64,000 nt of DNA from Sedimentisphaerales bacterium (GTDB taxonomy: Bacteria > Planctomycetota > Phycisphaerae > Sedimentisphaerales > Anaerobacaceae): assembly GCA_040772485.1 (NCBI GenBank), contig JAXGYC010000010.1, positions 256,001 to 320,000 on the forward strand, in the 5' to 3' direction. The notes beneath the pieces are model-generated. The model did no database searches. It was not told the origin of the DNA and saw only the letters and a list, made by a program, of their open reading frames with translations. Shown piece after piece: positions 27,680 through 37,926 of this stretch; positions within the stretch are counted from its first letter, which is position 1; each line of letters starts with the position of its first letter. The position numbers and the translations under genes are program-made.

Positions 27680-30631
27680 TCACCGGTCGCCGGCCAGGTA
27701 CCGCACCTCCCCGGCCGACAGCGCCCGGCTGTAGATCACGAAGTCATCCAGCGAGCCGGCAAAATACCCGTCGGCGGCGTACTGCGACCGCGCCAGCCAG
27801 TTCTGCGTCGTCGCGCCCAGGGCCGGCGGCAGCGTCGTCGTCGCCCCGCTGCCGGCCACCTCGCCGTCCACGTAGATCGCCACCGTCATCGTCGCGCTGT
27901 CGATCACCACCGCCACGTGGTGCCAGCCGTCCGTCGGCAGCGAGCCCGCTGTCTCGATGATCGACTCGCCCGAACCGCCCGCCGGCGTGATCGCAAACCG
28001 CATCGGGGCGCTCGTGCCGCCGCGAGGACACAGGAACATGTACCCCGTCGTGCTGCTGTTGCCGAAGTCGAAGATCCGCACCCACGAACCGCTCGTCGCC
28101 GAGAAGTTCACCCATGTCGCCACCGTCGCGCTGCTCAAGCTGCTCATCACCGGACCCAGCGGCAGTTCCACGTAGTCGGCGAACCCGTCGAAGTTGATCG
28201 CCTGGCCCTGCCCCGCACGCGAGGCCACGTAGGCCGGATCGTTGAACGCCGTGCCGTGGCGACCGTTCCCCGAACCGTCCTGAACGTTGTTCTCAAACGT
28301 GTACGAGGCCACCAGACCGGTCGCGCCCGGATCGGCCGGAACGATCATCTCCGGCGCCACCCGATACAGACGGATGTCGTCCACGAACACCAGGCCCGAG
28401 CCGCTGCCGTCCACGCCCAGGCTGAACGTCGTCACGTTCGCCAGGTTCGTGCCCAGCGACGCCAGCTCGATGTTCCACTGCTTCCACACCGGGCTCGTCA
28501 GGCCGCCCGCATAGGTCACCTTCTTGCCGTTGACCGTCGCGTAGAACTGCCCGGCCCCGTTGTCCGAGGCGCCGCGGAAGTACACCACCAGCGTCGTGGC
28601 GCCGCCGGCCGTCCAGTCCTGCGACCCGTCGATCGTGAAGTCCGCCCGCGAATTGCCCTCGTAGAACAGCGGCATCGACTGACGCCCGCCGTGAACCGTC
28701 GTCTGCTCGGCAAACGGCGCTTCGAGGTACCCGACCGTCGAGCCGGTGTCGTTGACCCAGCCGTCCAGCCAGGTATCGAAGATCGTCGTGCCGGCCTCGA
28801 GGTCATCGGTATAGCCCTCGAAATCATCCACGACGACGAACTGCTGCGTCGAGAAGCTCCAGACCTCGCCGGTCCAGGAGGCGATCGCCTCGGCCTCGTT
28901 GACCTCGTCGATCCTCCAGTAGTACGTCGCGTCCATATCCAGAGCGCTCGGAGCATACTGACTCTCGGCGACCGTGCCGACCAGGGCCGTGCCATCGGTC
29001 ACCGCCGCTGCGTCGGTGCCCAGGTACACCTCGTGCGAGGCAGCCTGCCGACCGCTGCGCCAATCGAGGATCGAGGCGACGCTCACGTCCACCGCTCCGG
29101 CTTCCGGCTGCGGCTGCCGCGCCTGCACCGGGATGTACAGGAACCGCACCTCGCTGAGGCCGAACTGGCCCATGAGGCCCCACCCGCTCCGGGCCGTCAG
29201 ACGCACGAACTTGGCGGCCACGCCGCTCAGGTCAACCGTCGTGTTGGCCGCATAGGTCCCCTTGGCCGTCGCCTGGGCGAACGGCACGTCGCCGAACGCC
29301 GTCCAGTCGACGCCGTTCTCGCTGTACTCGATCGTGGTGTCCTTGAACCCGAAGCCCAGCATCAGCTCGAACTGCACGTTGTAGTTCCACACCAGAAGCT
29401 CATGCAGCAGATAGACCTTGTCGAACTCGAACTGAATCCACACCGGCTCGCCGGCGGCGGCCACCCACATGTCCGTCGACAGCGTCGAATGCTGATCGCT
29501 GGCGTTAAGACCTGAGCCGTTGACCGTATTCTCCGGCCCGGCCCCTTCTTCGCTGGTGGCATTGCTCGTGGCGATCACGTTCGCCACCGGATACGCCAAC
29601 GGCTCGACCGTGAAGCTCCAGACGTCGCCCTTGAAGATCGTGTTGTCCGGCGCCGCGTTGACCTCATCGACGCGCCAGTAGTACGTCTGCCCGAAGGCCA
29701 GTCCCGGCGCGCCGGGAGCGGGATCATAGCTCGTACCGCTCTGGCCCTGGCTGAGCAGCACATCCATCGGATTGGCCCGTCCGGCGGTATTGACGTCCTC
29801 GAACGAGGTCCCGAAGTACACATCGTGCGAGGCCGCAAACTCCCCCGCCGTCCAACTCAGCGCCACATCCCGTGGCACATCCACCTGCCCATCCGCCGGA
29901 CTGGGATCGGCCGCAAGCTGGGCTTTCAGGCCGGCCTTCATGGCGCCCTGAACCTCGCTCTCGGTCAGCGCCACATCGTAGATCTTCACCTCATCCATCA
30001 GGCCGGTGTAGTACCGCGAGTCGAGCGTGTTGGCGCCGATCGCCAGATTCTGCTGCGCGTTCAACGGCCCGGTGTTTGTGTGGGTGGTGCTGTTGTCTAA
30101 CACACCATCGATGTAGACACTGATCGTTCCGGCTGCTGTGTCACGAACGGACGCGGTGTGCACCCACTCACCTGTGACAATGTCGCCGTTCGAATTGACC
30201 GAGCCGTCGGGATTGCCGTTGAAAAACGATAGTTTCGTGCCCAGTACCGCGACGACGAAGTCATTGGCCGTGCCGGCGACGTCAGACCAGAACAGGCCGT
30301 TGCCCTGATACGCCTGGGTCCCGGCCAGACCGGTGGTATCCGTCTTGATCCAGGCCGCCAGCGTGAAACTGTCCTGCACCGGCCGCTCCAACTGGACGTA
30401 GCTGTCGCTGCCATTGAATGAGTAGCAGCCGTTGGCATAGCCTCCTGAAACCAGTTGCACGCCCCCGTTGGGCGCGCCGTCAAGACCGTTGCCGGACGCA
30501 TCGAGGACGACGCCGTCCAACTGGTCGAACGGATAATAGACCAAAGGCTCCGGACCGGCGGCGAGGGCCGGGCCGACACTGGTGGCCAGCAGAGCCACCG
30601 AACAGATGAACCACACACGTTTGCGCCACAT
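27680..30631 (-). CDS. Large secreted modular protein A: LamG / Fn3-like / discoidin-like / Fn3-like / CBM-like / LamG
   Basis: Signal peptide; FTLAAWIK...W.H...YIDG...MDEVKIYDVAL; two YYWR(V/I)DEVN repeats; LLVWNYN...GLSEVRF; VVDDFE...FVDDIRL; C-terminal LamG; AAGGAGG RBS. Confidence 0.88.
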   Translation of the reverse strand: MWRKRVWFICSVALLATSVGPALAAGPEPLVYYPFDQLDGVVLDASGNGLDGAPNGGVQLVSGGYANGCYSFNGSDSYVQLERPVQDSFTLAAWIKTDTTGLAGTQAYQGNGLFWSDVAGTANDFVVAVLGTKLSFFNGNPDGSVNSNGDIVTGEWVHTASVRDTAAGTISVYIDGVLDNSTTHTNTGPLNAQQNLAIGANTLDSRYYTGLMDEVKIYDVALTESEVQGAMKAGLKAQLAADPSPADGQVDVPRDVALSWTAGEFAASHDVYFGTSFEDVNTAGRANPMDVLLSQGQSGTSYDPAPGAPGLAFGQTYYWRVDEVNAAPDNTIFKGDVWSFTVEPLAYPVANVIATSNATSEEGAGPENTVNGSGLNASDQHSTLSTDMWVAAAGEPVWIQFEFDKVYLLHELLVWNYNVQFELMLGFGFKDTTIEYSENGVDWTAFGDVPFAQATAKGTYAANTTVDLSGVAAKFVRLTARSGWGLMGQFGLSEVRFLYIPVQARQPQPEAGAVDVSVASILDWRSGRQAASHEVYLGTDAAAVTDGTALVGTVAESQYAPSALDMDATYYWRIDEVNEAEAIASWTGEVWSFSTQQFVVVDDFEGYTDDLEAGTTIFDTWLDGWVNDTGSTVGYLEAPFAEQTTVHGGRQSMPLFYEGNSRADFTIDGSQDWTAGGATTLVVYFRGASDNGAGQFYATVNGKKVTYAGGLTSPVWKQWNIELASLGTNLANVTTFSLGVDGSGSGLVFVDDIRLYRVAPEMIVPADPGATGLVASYTFENNVQDGSGNGRHGTAFNDPAYVASRAGQGQAINFDGFADYVELPLGPVMSSLSSATVATWVNFSATSGSWVRIFDFGNSSTTGYMFLCPRGGTSAPMRFAITPAGGSGESIIETAGSLPTDGWHHVAVVIDSATMTVAIYVDGEVAGSGATTTLPPALGATTQNWLARSQYAADGYFAGSLDDFVIYSRALSAGEVRYLAGDR

Positions 30632-30778
30632 ACACACCTCCTTTACCCAAGATCGAGACAATCCCCCGTTTCGTCACACGGTCGAGCCCATGCGGGCGAA
30701 CCCAAGCGACCATATCCACCCTGTGATTGTGTTGCACACGCCCCTTCTCCTCGGTCCTTTTGCACATCGTACGGACCG

Positions 30779-32635
30779 TCACAACTCCGATACTGTTGAC
30801 ACATCGATGGTCCGGCCCGTCGGCGAGGCCAATTCGAGATTGGGCTCGACGAAGACACACCAGTCGCTGTCGGTTCCCCGCAGGCCGCCGGCCACGTCAG
30901 CATCGCCGCCATCAGTCGTAATCAGCGTGAGAAACCGGTCTGTGTCGGCCAATGGCACATCGATCTCGCCTGCAATTCCCTTGACCTTCACGCCTGTCCG
31001 GCTGAAGCGCACCCGGCCGTCGACCAGGACCCAGAAATCCGCGTTGCAGGGCCGATCCGTGCCGGATTCTGAGATTCCATAGGCGGAACGAAAACGCTCG
31101 ATCCGCAGTCCGGCGTTCAATGACGCGATCTCGGACAGATCGAACGTGATGCCGAGATTGGCGTGCATGAGGATGCAGGGTCGATCGGACGATCCATAGG
31201 CATGCCCGCTCAGCATCTGCCTGCCGACCTCCGCATCGCCCACGTTGGTGATTTCAAGGTAGTAGATGTTGTTGGTGATGGGGCATTCGACAAACGTGTG
31301 TCCGGCGGAACTGACAACCTGCGGCGCGGTTCCGTTGGGGACGAATACGCCATCCACGTAGCGGTTCCACGGGACCGACACGTACTGGTGCATCCCGCAC
31401 CGGTCGCTTTCCACAGGGACCATATATCGTCCCGTCACAGGACTGATGGCCGAGCCGGCGGTTCCGGTGCCGAGACCGTTGCCTGCCCCAATGACATCGG
31501 CCAGATCGAGACGTCTGCCCGGAATGCCGAAACTCGGGTCCTCCGGCATCTCTCGCACGATCTGGCTGGGAAGATATCTCCTGGCGATCACGTTGCCGCC
31601 GGCGTCCACCGCGCCGGCCTGGCCCTCCACCAGGATGGTCGAGGCCCCTGAACGGACCGGGTCCGAACCACTTCGGATGCCGACTTTCCCCTTGTGTACG
31701 AGCGCTTCGGTCTCGCCCGTCTGACGGACGATGACGCCGAATTCCGTGCCGTAATCGACGACTGTCCCGGTGGGAGTACGCACGATGAAACCGGTCGAAT
31801 CCTCACCGATTGACACGGAAACCGCCCCCGAACGGAGAAACACCTGATCGGCGCTCTCCAGACGCAGAACAGCCGGCGCCTGGAGAAGCACTTCGGAGCC
31901 TCCTTCAAACACCATCTCGATCAGTCCCTGCAACAGGAACACCGACGACGCCCTCAGGACCGTCCCCTGGGCGGTCGAGAGGTCCGCCTGATCCCACAAC
32001 GCGTTGCTGGATCGCGTGATCGTCGCCAAGACGGGAGGAATCGCCGGAGTCGCCGGCACAGGCGAGGAAACCGTGCGAACGGGCAGTCTGGAAATCCATA
32101 CGAGCACCCCGGAGACCAGCAGCACGACGACGGCAAGCACACTGACCGCCAACTGGCGCCTTCTGGCAAGGTACTCGCGGTAGGCCAGCTCCTCCCGCCG
32201 GTGTCGTTCCTGCTCTTTGAATCGCTCCAGGGCATCATCGGCGGCCCTTCGTATCGCCTCTCTGTGGGCTTCGGCCTGCTGCCGGGCCTCCTCGGCCGCT
32301 CGCCTCTCGGCCAGTACCCGGTCCCGTTCGAGGAGCTCGTCGAGAACCGTCGGGAGCCCCTGTACCTGGTCCGTTGCAGCCGCCTCCGACGACAAGGGCG
32401 ACAGGTCCGCCGGCCACTCTGCCGATGGAACGGCAACATCAGAGGCTTCCCGCATCCCGTGATAGTGGCGAAGCTCGGCACAGAGCAGCATGTACTCGAC
32501 GTAGAACTGCTGCACGACCGGATCATCCGCAAGGGAGCGATCCAACTGCGCAAACTGCTCATCCGTCAAGGCGCCTTCTCGCAGGGCGCCAAGCAGGTCG
32601 AAGAACTCGGGATGTTCTGTCGGTCCATCGATCAT
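30779..32635 (-). CDS. FecR-family anti-sigma sensor with C-terminal NPCBM-like domain
   Basis: N-terminal anti-sigma-like helix (LTDEQFAQL...YVEYM), one TM, GFIVRTPTGTVVDYGTEFGV, C-terminal HANLGITFDL...FLTLITTDGG...DWCVFVEP; ATGA overlap with the sigma gene. Confidence 0.87.
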   Translation of the reverse strand: MIDGPTEHPEFFDLLGALREGALTDEQFAQLDRSLADDPVVQQFYVEYMLLCAELRHYHGMREASDVAVPSAEWPADLSPLSSEAAATDQVQGLPTVLDELLERDRVLAERRAAEEARQQAEAHREAIRRAADDALERFKEQERHRREELAYREYLARRRQLAVSVLAVVVLLVSGVLVWISRLPVRTVSSPVPATPAIPPVLATITRSSNALWDQADLSTAQGTVLRASSVFLLQGLIEMVFEGGSEVLLQAPAVLRLESADQVFLRSGAVSVSIGEDSTGFIVRTPTGTVVDYGTEFGVIVRQTGETEALVHKGKVGIRSGSDPVRSGASTILVEGQAGAVDAGGNVIARRYLPSQIVREMPEDPSFGIPGRRLDLADVIGAGNGLGTGTAGSAISPVTGRYMVPVESDRCGMHQYVSVPWNRYVDGVFVPNGTAPQVVSSAGHTFVECPITNNIYYLEITNVGDAEVGRQMLSGHAYGSSDRPCILMHANLGITFDLSEIASLNAGLRIERFRSAYGISESGTDRPCNADFWVLVDGRVRFSRTGVKVKGIAGEIDVPLADTDRFLTLITTDGGDADVAGGLRGTDSDWCVFVEPNLELASPTGRTIDVSTVSEL

Positions 32636-33186
32636 GCCGATCTCTCCGCCGCCAGCGTGCGACGAATACAATAGAGCAACTGGACATGAATGCGGTTCAG
32701 CGCCTTGTATACGGCGTCGACGCTCCGGCCGAGACGCTGGGCCACCGACCTCGTGGTCGCGTCGTATTCGTATCGCAGGTGAATCAGCTCGCGATCGCGT
32801 TCGGGCAGCTTTCGCAGACAGTTGCCCAGCGCATCGCGAAGCATGTCCAGCCCCGCCGCGGCGCTTCGAACCCGCTCGTCGAGAGCCTCCAGAACTTCAT
32901 CGCTGAACTGGACGTGCTGGTGGCGTTTCTTCTTGCGATGGTTCATGATCCGGTATCGTGCCACGCACAGCGCCCAGGCCGCGAAATCCGTCCCAGGCTC
33001 GAACGTGTCGAACTTGGACCACAGGGTCATGGTGGTCTCCTGGAGCAGGTCTTCAGCCTCCGACCACTGCGGGACCAGCGCCAGGATGAACCCGAAGATC
33101 CTCCGCTCATTGGCCTGATAGAGCCTCAGGAACTCGCGTCCCCGTGACATGTCGCCCAAACGGTCGGTCGACTGACGTTCGCTCAT
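32632..33186 (-). CDS. ECF sigma-70 factor (Rhodopirellula/Verrucomicrobium type)
   Basis: AEDLLQET...FEPGTDFAAW, LPERDRELIHLRY, AVYKALNRIH. Confidence 0.93.
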   Translation of the reverse strand: MSERQSTDRLGDMSRGREFLRLYQANERRIFGFILALVPQWSEAEDLLQETTMTLWSKFDTFEPGTDFAAWALCVARYRIMNHRKKKRHQHVQFSDEVLEALDERVRSAAAGLDMLRDALGNCLRKLPERDRELIHLRYEYDATTRSVAQRLGRSVDAVYKALNRIHVQLLYCIRRTLAAERSA

Positions 33187-33384
33187 GGCGATTCCACAGT
33201 ACAATCGTCGGCATTCACCGGTCCCATTGCGTCCGGTCGAGGACACACTCCAAGCCCGTTCCCGCAAAACGCATCCTTCGGGAAATAGCGTCTGCCGCCC
33301 TATTTCGGAAGACAAAGCCGGTCAAACCGGAAAAAAACACCAAAAACGAGGTAGTGCGGCGCTCTTTAGGAGGCTGCGCCAACC

Positions 33385-33426
33385 AAAAGAGCCGTGGCTC
33401 CGGAGGAAACCTCCCCCGGAGCCACG
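33385..33426 (-). terminator. Probable intrinsic terminator after the 33490-36312 gene
   Basis: CGTGGCTCCGG...CCGGAGCCACG stem followed by CTTTT on the minus strand. Confidence 0.65.
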
Positions 33427-33489
33427 TGCGCTGCTCTGTTGTAGAGACCACGCCCAGCCCGGCGTTGCCTCATGATCGAGTGCCCAGCC

Positions 33490-36312
33490 TCAGAAGGGCT
33501 TGGCCACCGGCTCCGTCTGACCCGCGAGCCACAGGATCTCTTCCTGAGACAACACCCGGTTGTAGACCTCTACCTGATCGAGCGCTCCCAGCCAGAAATA
33601 GGTGGTGGTGGATTCGCCACGTCCCAGGTTGAATGAGCCGGTAGAGGTACCGAGGACCGCCGTCGTGAGCAGTTCTCGGTCCAGGTTTCCATAGACGTAG
33701 GTCCGGATGAATTCGCCCTTCGAGTAGACGCCGGCCACATGGTACCAGGCGCCCTGCTGCAACACGGTCCCACCGGGCAAGTCTCGGTTCAGGGTGCCCG
33801 CATTGGCGGACGTACGGATCTCGAACTCGAGGATGTTGTTGGTATAGAGGCCGAGCTTGTAGCCGCCCGTGGTCCCGTCCTGGTTGCTCGCGATCTTGCG
33901 ATCCCCGGCGGCGAAGTCCATTTTGATCCATGCGGTGACGGTGACTGCATCGGTGAGGTTCAGGCTCGCGCCCTTCCCACAATCGACGTACGTGGATGCC
34001 CCATCGAATTGCAGGGCCTGGCCGATCATGCCGGTGACCCACGCCCCGGTCCCGACGACAGTTCCGTTGTTGCCTTGGCCCGACCCGTCCGTGGCGTTTC
34101 CGTCCAGGGCATACGACGCCACCAGATTCGCATCGCCCGGATCAACCGGAGTGACAAACTCGGGGGCCTTGGGGTACAGCCGGATATCGTCGAAGTACAG
34201 GACGCCCGATGCACCAGCCCCCTCGACGCCGATCGTCAGCTTGGTGACGTTGCTCAACCCGCTGACGGCCGACAGGTCGATGTTCCAGGCCTGCCATGCG
34301 GGTCTCTTGATGTCCGTATCATCGCCGCTGTAGACGACCTTGGCGTTGTTGATCTTGACGTACAACTGGCCGGTATTGTCGGCGTCACCGAAGAAGCTGA
34401 TGGACAGACTCTTGATGCCGTTGATCGTCCAGTTCTGCGAGAGCTCATACTCGGCTTCGGCAACGGACGTGGCGGCGTTGTCGTACGACAGCGGCATGGA
34501 CTGCTTGCCGCTCTTGACGATCGTCTGCTCTGCGAACGGAGCGTTCAGATGGCCTACCGTCGAACCGGTACCATTGACCCAGCCGTCGAGCCAGGCGTCG
34601 AAGATGGCCTCGCCAGCCTCAATGTCGTCGGTGTAGCTCTCGAAGTCGTCGACAACGATGAACTCCTCGGCCGTGAAGCTCCAGAGGTCGCCTTCCCAGA
34701 CCGGGACGGCGTCGGCCTCGTTGACCTCATCGACCCTCCAGTAGTAGGTCGTTCCCAGATTCAGCGCTGCCGGCGCATAGGTGGCGGCGTCCGTCGTCAT
34801 CGCCAAGGCCAGCGCCTCGGGATCCGTGCCGAAGTACACATCGTGCGAAACCGCCTCGCGGCCGGCTCGCCAGCTCAATGGCGAACCCACGGCCACGCCG
34901 GTCGCGCCATCTTCCGGCTGCGGCTCGCGAGCGTTGGCGGGGACGTACGTGAAGCGGACTTCGCTCAGGCCATACTGGCCCATGGGCCCCCAGCCGCTGT
35001 TAACCGTGAATCGAACGAACTTCGCGGGCACACCGTCAAAATCTACCGTCGTATTGGCCGTGTAAGTGCTATTGGCCGCCGCCTTGGCGAATTCGACGTC
35101 GCCGAAAGCCGTCCAATCCACACCGTCCGCCGAATACTCCACGGCTACATCTTTGAGCCCGAAACCGAGAATGATCTCGAACTCCACATTGTAGTTCCAC
35201 ACCAGCAGTTGATGGAGCTTGTACACACGGTCAAACTCATACTGGATCGAGATGGGCCCGTCCGCAGGCAGACCGAGCCACATGGCGTTGCTTTCCGTCG
35301 AATGCTGATCGGCGGCATTGAGTCCGGAGCCGTTGACGGTGTTCTCAATGCCGGCGCCTTCGTCGGAAATCGCGTTGGTGGTCGCGATGATGTTCGCAAT
35401 GGGATAAGCAAACGGCTCGACGGTGAAGGTCCAGACGTCGCCCTTGAAGATCGTGAAATCGGGCGCCGAATTGACTTCATCGACTCGCCAGTAATAGGTC
35501 TGGCCGAATTCGAGCAGACCGGCCGGATCGTACGTCGCAGCGGTCTGATCCTGGCTGACCAGCACACCCATCGGGTTGCTCCGGCTGGCATTGTTGACGT
35601 CGGCGAAAACCGTGCCGAAGTATACATCGTGGGTCGCGGCCAGATCACCGGCCGTCCATGCAACAACCACGTCCCGAGGGATATCGATCGCGCCGTCCAC
35701 AGGAACCGGCCCGCCGGCAGCGCCGGGCAGACTGCCGTCGGACAGCAGCTCCACCTCGCCGATCTGCATGCTGTTGGCCGCAGCTCGATTGCGGACCTCG
35801 GTAAAGAACACTTCGTAGTGGGTGTAAGCCTTCCTGTTCTTGATCGCAATGGGGGCCGAAATCCACGTGTTTCGCGGATAGTCCGTCGCCTCATTGAACT
35901 CGTCGATCGTTCCCTCGGCAATCAGGGTGTAGGGACCATCGATGCTCTCATCGGAGCCGGAGAACCGGAACGAGATCGGATCGCGCTCGACGGCGTCATT
36001 GGCGCTGGCGAAATTCAGGGCCTTGACCACCACCCGGGGCCCTGACGGCGTCACGCGGAAGCCGGCGCCTCCGGTGGTCGGATCGACATTACCGTCAAGA
36101 TCCACAAAGGAGGTCTTGAAGCACAGATACTTGGCGCCGGAGATGACATCGTCGATCGCGTGGAGCGGAAACTCCGCCGCCGGCCAGTTGTTGTCGTCGG
36201 GGACGCCGACAAGCGGGTCTCCCGGATTGGTGATGTCGAACATCTGCTGGGCCTGGGCCGCCCCGCCGGCAAGCAGGACCGCCGCCAAAATCCACAATGA
36301 CAGTCTTTTCAT
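33490..36312 (-). CDS. Large secreted modular protein B: N-terminal F5/8C-like domain / shared core / LamG
   Basis: Signal peptide; AIDD..KYL..ANDAVERDP..QIGEVEL; shared core with YYWRVDEVN x2, WNYN, GLSEVRF, DDFESY...YFDDIRL; C-terminal LamG; GAGGAG RBS. Confidence 0.88.
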   Translation of the reverse strand: MKRLSLWILAAVLLAGGAAQAQQMFDITNPGDPLVGVPDDNNWPAAEFPLHAIDDVISGAKYLCFKTSFVDLDGNVDPTTGGAGFRVTPSGPRVVVKALNFASANDAVERDPISFRFSGSDESIDGPYTLIAEGTIDEFNEATDYPRNTWISAPIAIKNRKAYTHYEVFFTEVRNRAAANSMQIGEVELLSDGSLPGAAGGPVPVDGAIDIPRDVVVAWTAGDLAATHDVYFGTVFADVNNASRSNPMGVLVSQDQTAATYDPAGLLEFGQTYYWRVDEVNSAPDFTIFKGDVWTFTVEPFAYPIANIIATTNAISDEGAGIENTVNGSGLNAADQHSTESNAMWLGLPADGPISIQYEFDRVYKLHQLLVWNYNVEFEIILGFGLKDVAVEYSADGVDWTAFGDVEFAKAAANSTYTANTTVDFDGVPAKFVRFTVNSGWGPMGQYGLSEVRFTYVPANAREPQPEDGATGVAVGSPLSWRAGREAVSHDVYFGTDPEALALAMTTDAATYAPAALNLGTTYYWRVDEVNEADAVPVWEGDLWSFTAEEFIVVDDFESYTDDIEAGEAIFDAWLDGWVNGTGSTVGHLNAPFAEQTIVKSGKQSMPLSYDNAATSVAEAEYELSQNWTINGIKSLSISFFGDADNTGQLYVKINNAKVVYSGDDTDIKRPAWQAWNIDLSAVSGLSNVTKLTIGVEGAGASGVLYFDDIRLYPKAPEFVTPVDPGDANLVASYALDGNATDGSGQGNNGTVVGTGAWVTGMIGQALQFDGASTYVDCGKGASLNLTDAVTVTAWIKMDFAAGDRKIASNQDGTTGGYKLGLYTNNILEFEIRTSANAGTLNRDLPGGTVLQQGAWYHVAGVYSKGEFIRTYVYGNLDRELLTTAVLGTSTGSFNLGRGESTTTYFWLGALDQVEVYNRVLSQEEILWLAGQTEPVAKPF

Positions 36313-36652
36313 GATGACAATCTCCTCACAATCAACCTGCTGTTTTGGTAGCGCCTGGAGGAATGCACTGGTCCCAGGCAAAACGACATACGATGATTCG
36401 GACCCTTGCCGAGGGCTGAAACACCTCCTTCCCGGTACGCAGACAAACACCCTTACCGCAAAGAATCACAGACAAACGCCATGGAAGTGCACGAAAAGCA
36501 CGCCCCCCCCGCCAGCCATGTACCCATCAGAACGCACGGTGCGCCTCCGATTCCGGCTCGCACTACAACCGCACTTCACAGTCCGTTCTATGCAGAATGC
36601 CACGGTCCAGGGGCTGCGCCACACCGAATGCGGACCTTGCAGCCCACTTACT

Positions 36653-36682
36653 TTTATACCAGATCGCCCCCCCGGCGTACAA
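36653..36682 (-). promoter_or_regulatory. Putative promoter of gene B (extended -10)
   Basis: TTGTAC-N18-TATAAA with TG at the extended -10 position; G7 run in the spacer. Confidence 0.55.
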
Positions 36683-36764
36683 GGAGATTCTGCGACATTC
36701 GCATGCCGCCTGCCCCCGTGGACGCCGGCCCGCGAGTTGTCTTGCCGCACGGGCGCCGGCCGGC

Positions 36765-37442
36765 TCAGAGCGGCAGCAGATAGACGTTGCGGAACTCGAT
36801 GGGGCTGCCCTCGCTCTGAAGACCGATATAGCCGGTGGCCGGCGAGGCGGCGATACCCTCATTCTGGAGGACGCCGTTGACGTAGCAGCGGATGGAGCCG
36901 CCCTGGCAGTGGATGTCGTAGCTGTTCCACTGTCCGGCCGGCTTCTCGCTGGTGGCCGCCTTCTTGGCGATCAGCACGAACTGCCTGGAGGGGTCCTTCC
37001 GGTCGGTCCCGTCGACCGTCAGGCTGGTCCCGTTCATCAGCACGAAATCGCCCGCGTTGCCCGCCTTGAGCTGGACCTCGATGCACTCGGGCCAGACCTT
37101 GTCAGGCCCGTCCATATGGAGCAGCACCCCGCTGTTGCCCGGCGTCTCGGGCCACCGCCATTCCACGTGCAGATGATAGTCGTTGTATCGTTTTTCCGTG
37201 CGCAGGTAGCCATTCGGCTGTCCTTTGCAGTAGACTCCGTCGCCACGGACCCACCAGACATCGTTGGCATCCGCCGACGGGTCCGCCAGCACGCGCACCC
37301 ACCCGGTGAAATCCTGGCCGTTCCACAGCACGGTCTTCTTCCCGTCCGACCCCGACTTCAAAGCTCCCTTGCAGCCCGTCAGCCCAACGAGCGCCATCCC
37401 CACAACCATCCACAACGCCAATCTGCCCGCAGTTCGTCGCAT
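36765..37442 (-). CDS. DUF1080 (3-keto-disaccharide hydrolase family) lipoprotein
   Basis: Lipobox LTGC; LWNGQDFTGW, GNSGVLLH, GQWN.Y.I, GYIGLQSEG..IEFRN. Confidence 0.9.
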   Translation of the reverse strand: MRRTAGRLALWMVVGMALVGLTGCKGALKSGSDGKKTVLWNGQDFTGWVRVLADPSADANDVWWVRGDGVYCKGQPNGYLRTEKRYNDYHLHVEWRWPETPGNSGVLLHMDGPDKVWPECIEVQLKAGNAGDFVLMNGTSLTVDGTDRKDPSRQFVLIAKKAATSEKPAGQWNSYDIHCQGGSIRCYVNGVLQNEGIAASPATGYIGLQSEGSPIEFRNVYLLPL

Positions 37443-37589
37443 CGTTCTGCCCTCGCAAATTCAAAGCCAATCCGTTTCGGCGGCATCGCCTTCGGCGAAG
37501 AACATTCCCAGCCTGCCACCGCCCATACTCCCTATATGGCTACTACGGCAGCAAAAGGCAAGGCCAAAACTCCGCCGCGACGAAAGGGT

Positions 37590-37859
37590 TCAGGGCTTTG
37601 TCCGCGACGCAACTCGAGGCTTTCGGGAGCCAAAGAGGCGATGCTCGGTCCGCAAAACCGCGCGGATGATTCTCTCCGGGCAGGTGCCGGGGTGGGCGTC
37701 AGCCCAAGCCAGCAGCCGGTCGCTCAGGAGCAGCCGCAGGCCCAGGAATTCCAGGCCGACGAGGATCAGCCACGAGCCGGGAGTAGCCGGCGTGACCAGG
37801 GCGAGGAAACCCAGCACGATCAGGATCACTCCAATGACCTGCTTGCCGACTCGTTTCAT
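37590..37859 (-). CDS. Small membrane protein, PGPGW-domain-like
   Basis: IGVILIVLGFLALVTPATPGSWLILVGLEFL. Confidence 0.7.
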   Translation of the reverse strand: MKRVGKQVIGVILIVLGFLALVTPATPGSWLILVGLEFLGLRLLLSDRLLAWADAHPGTCPERIIRAVLRTEHRLFGSRKPRVASRTKP

Positions 37860-37926
37860 GGGAGCAGTCCAAGTCCAATCGTCCGGCAGGCCACGGGCCG
37901 ATCTGCTTGCCGGACGACCAAGCGGA

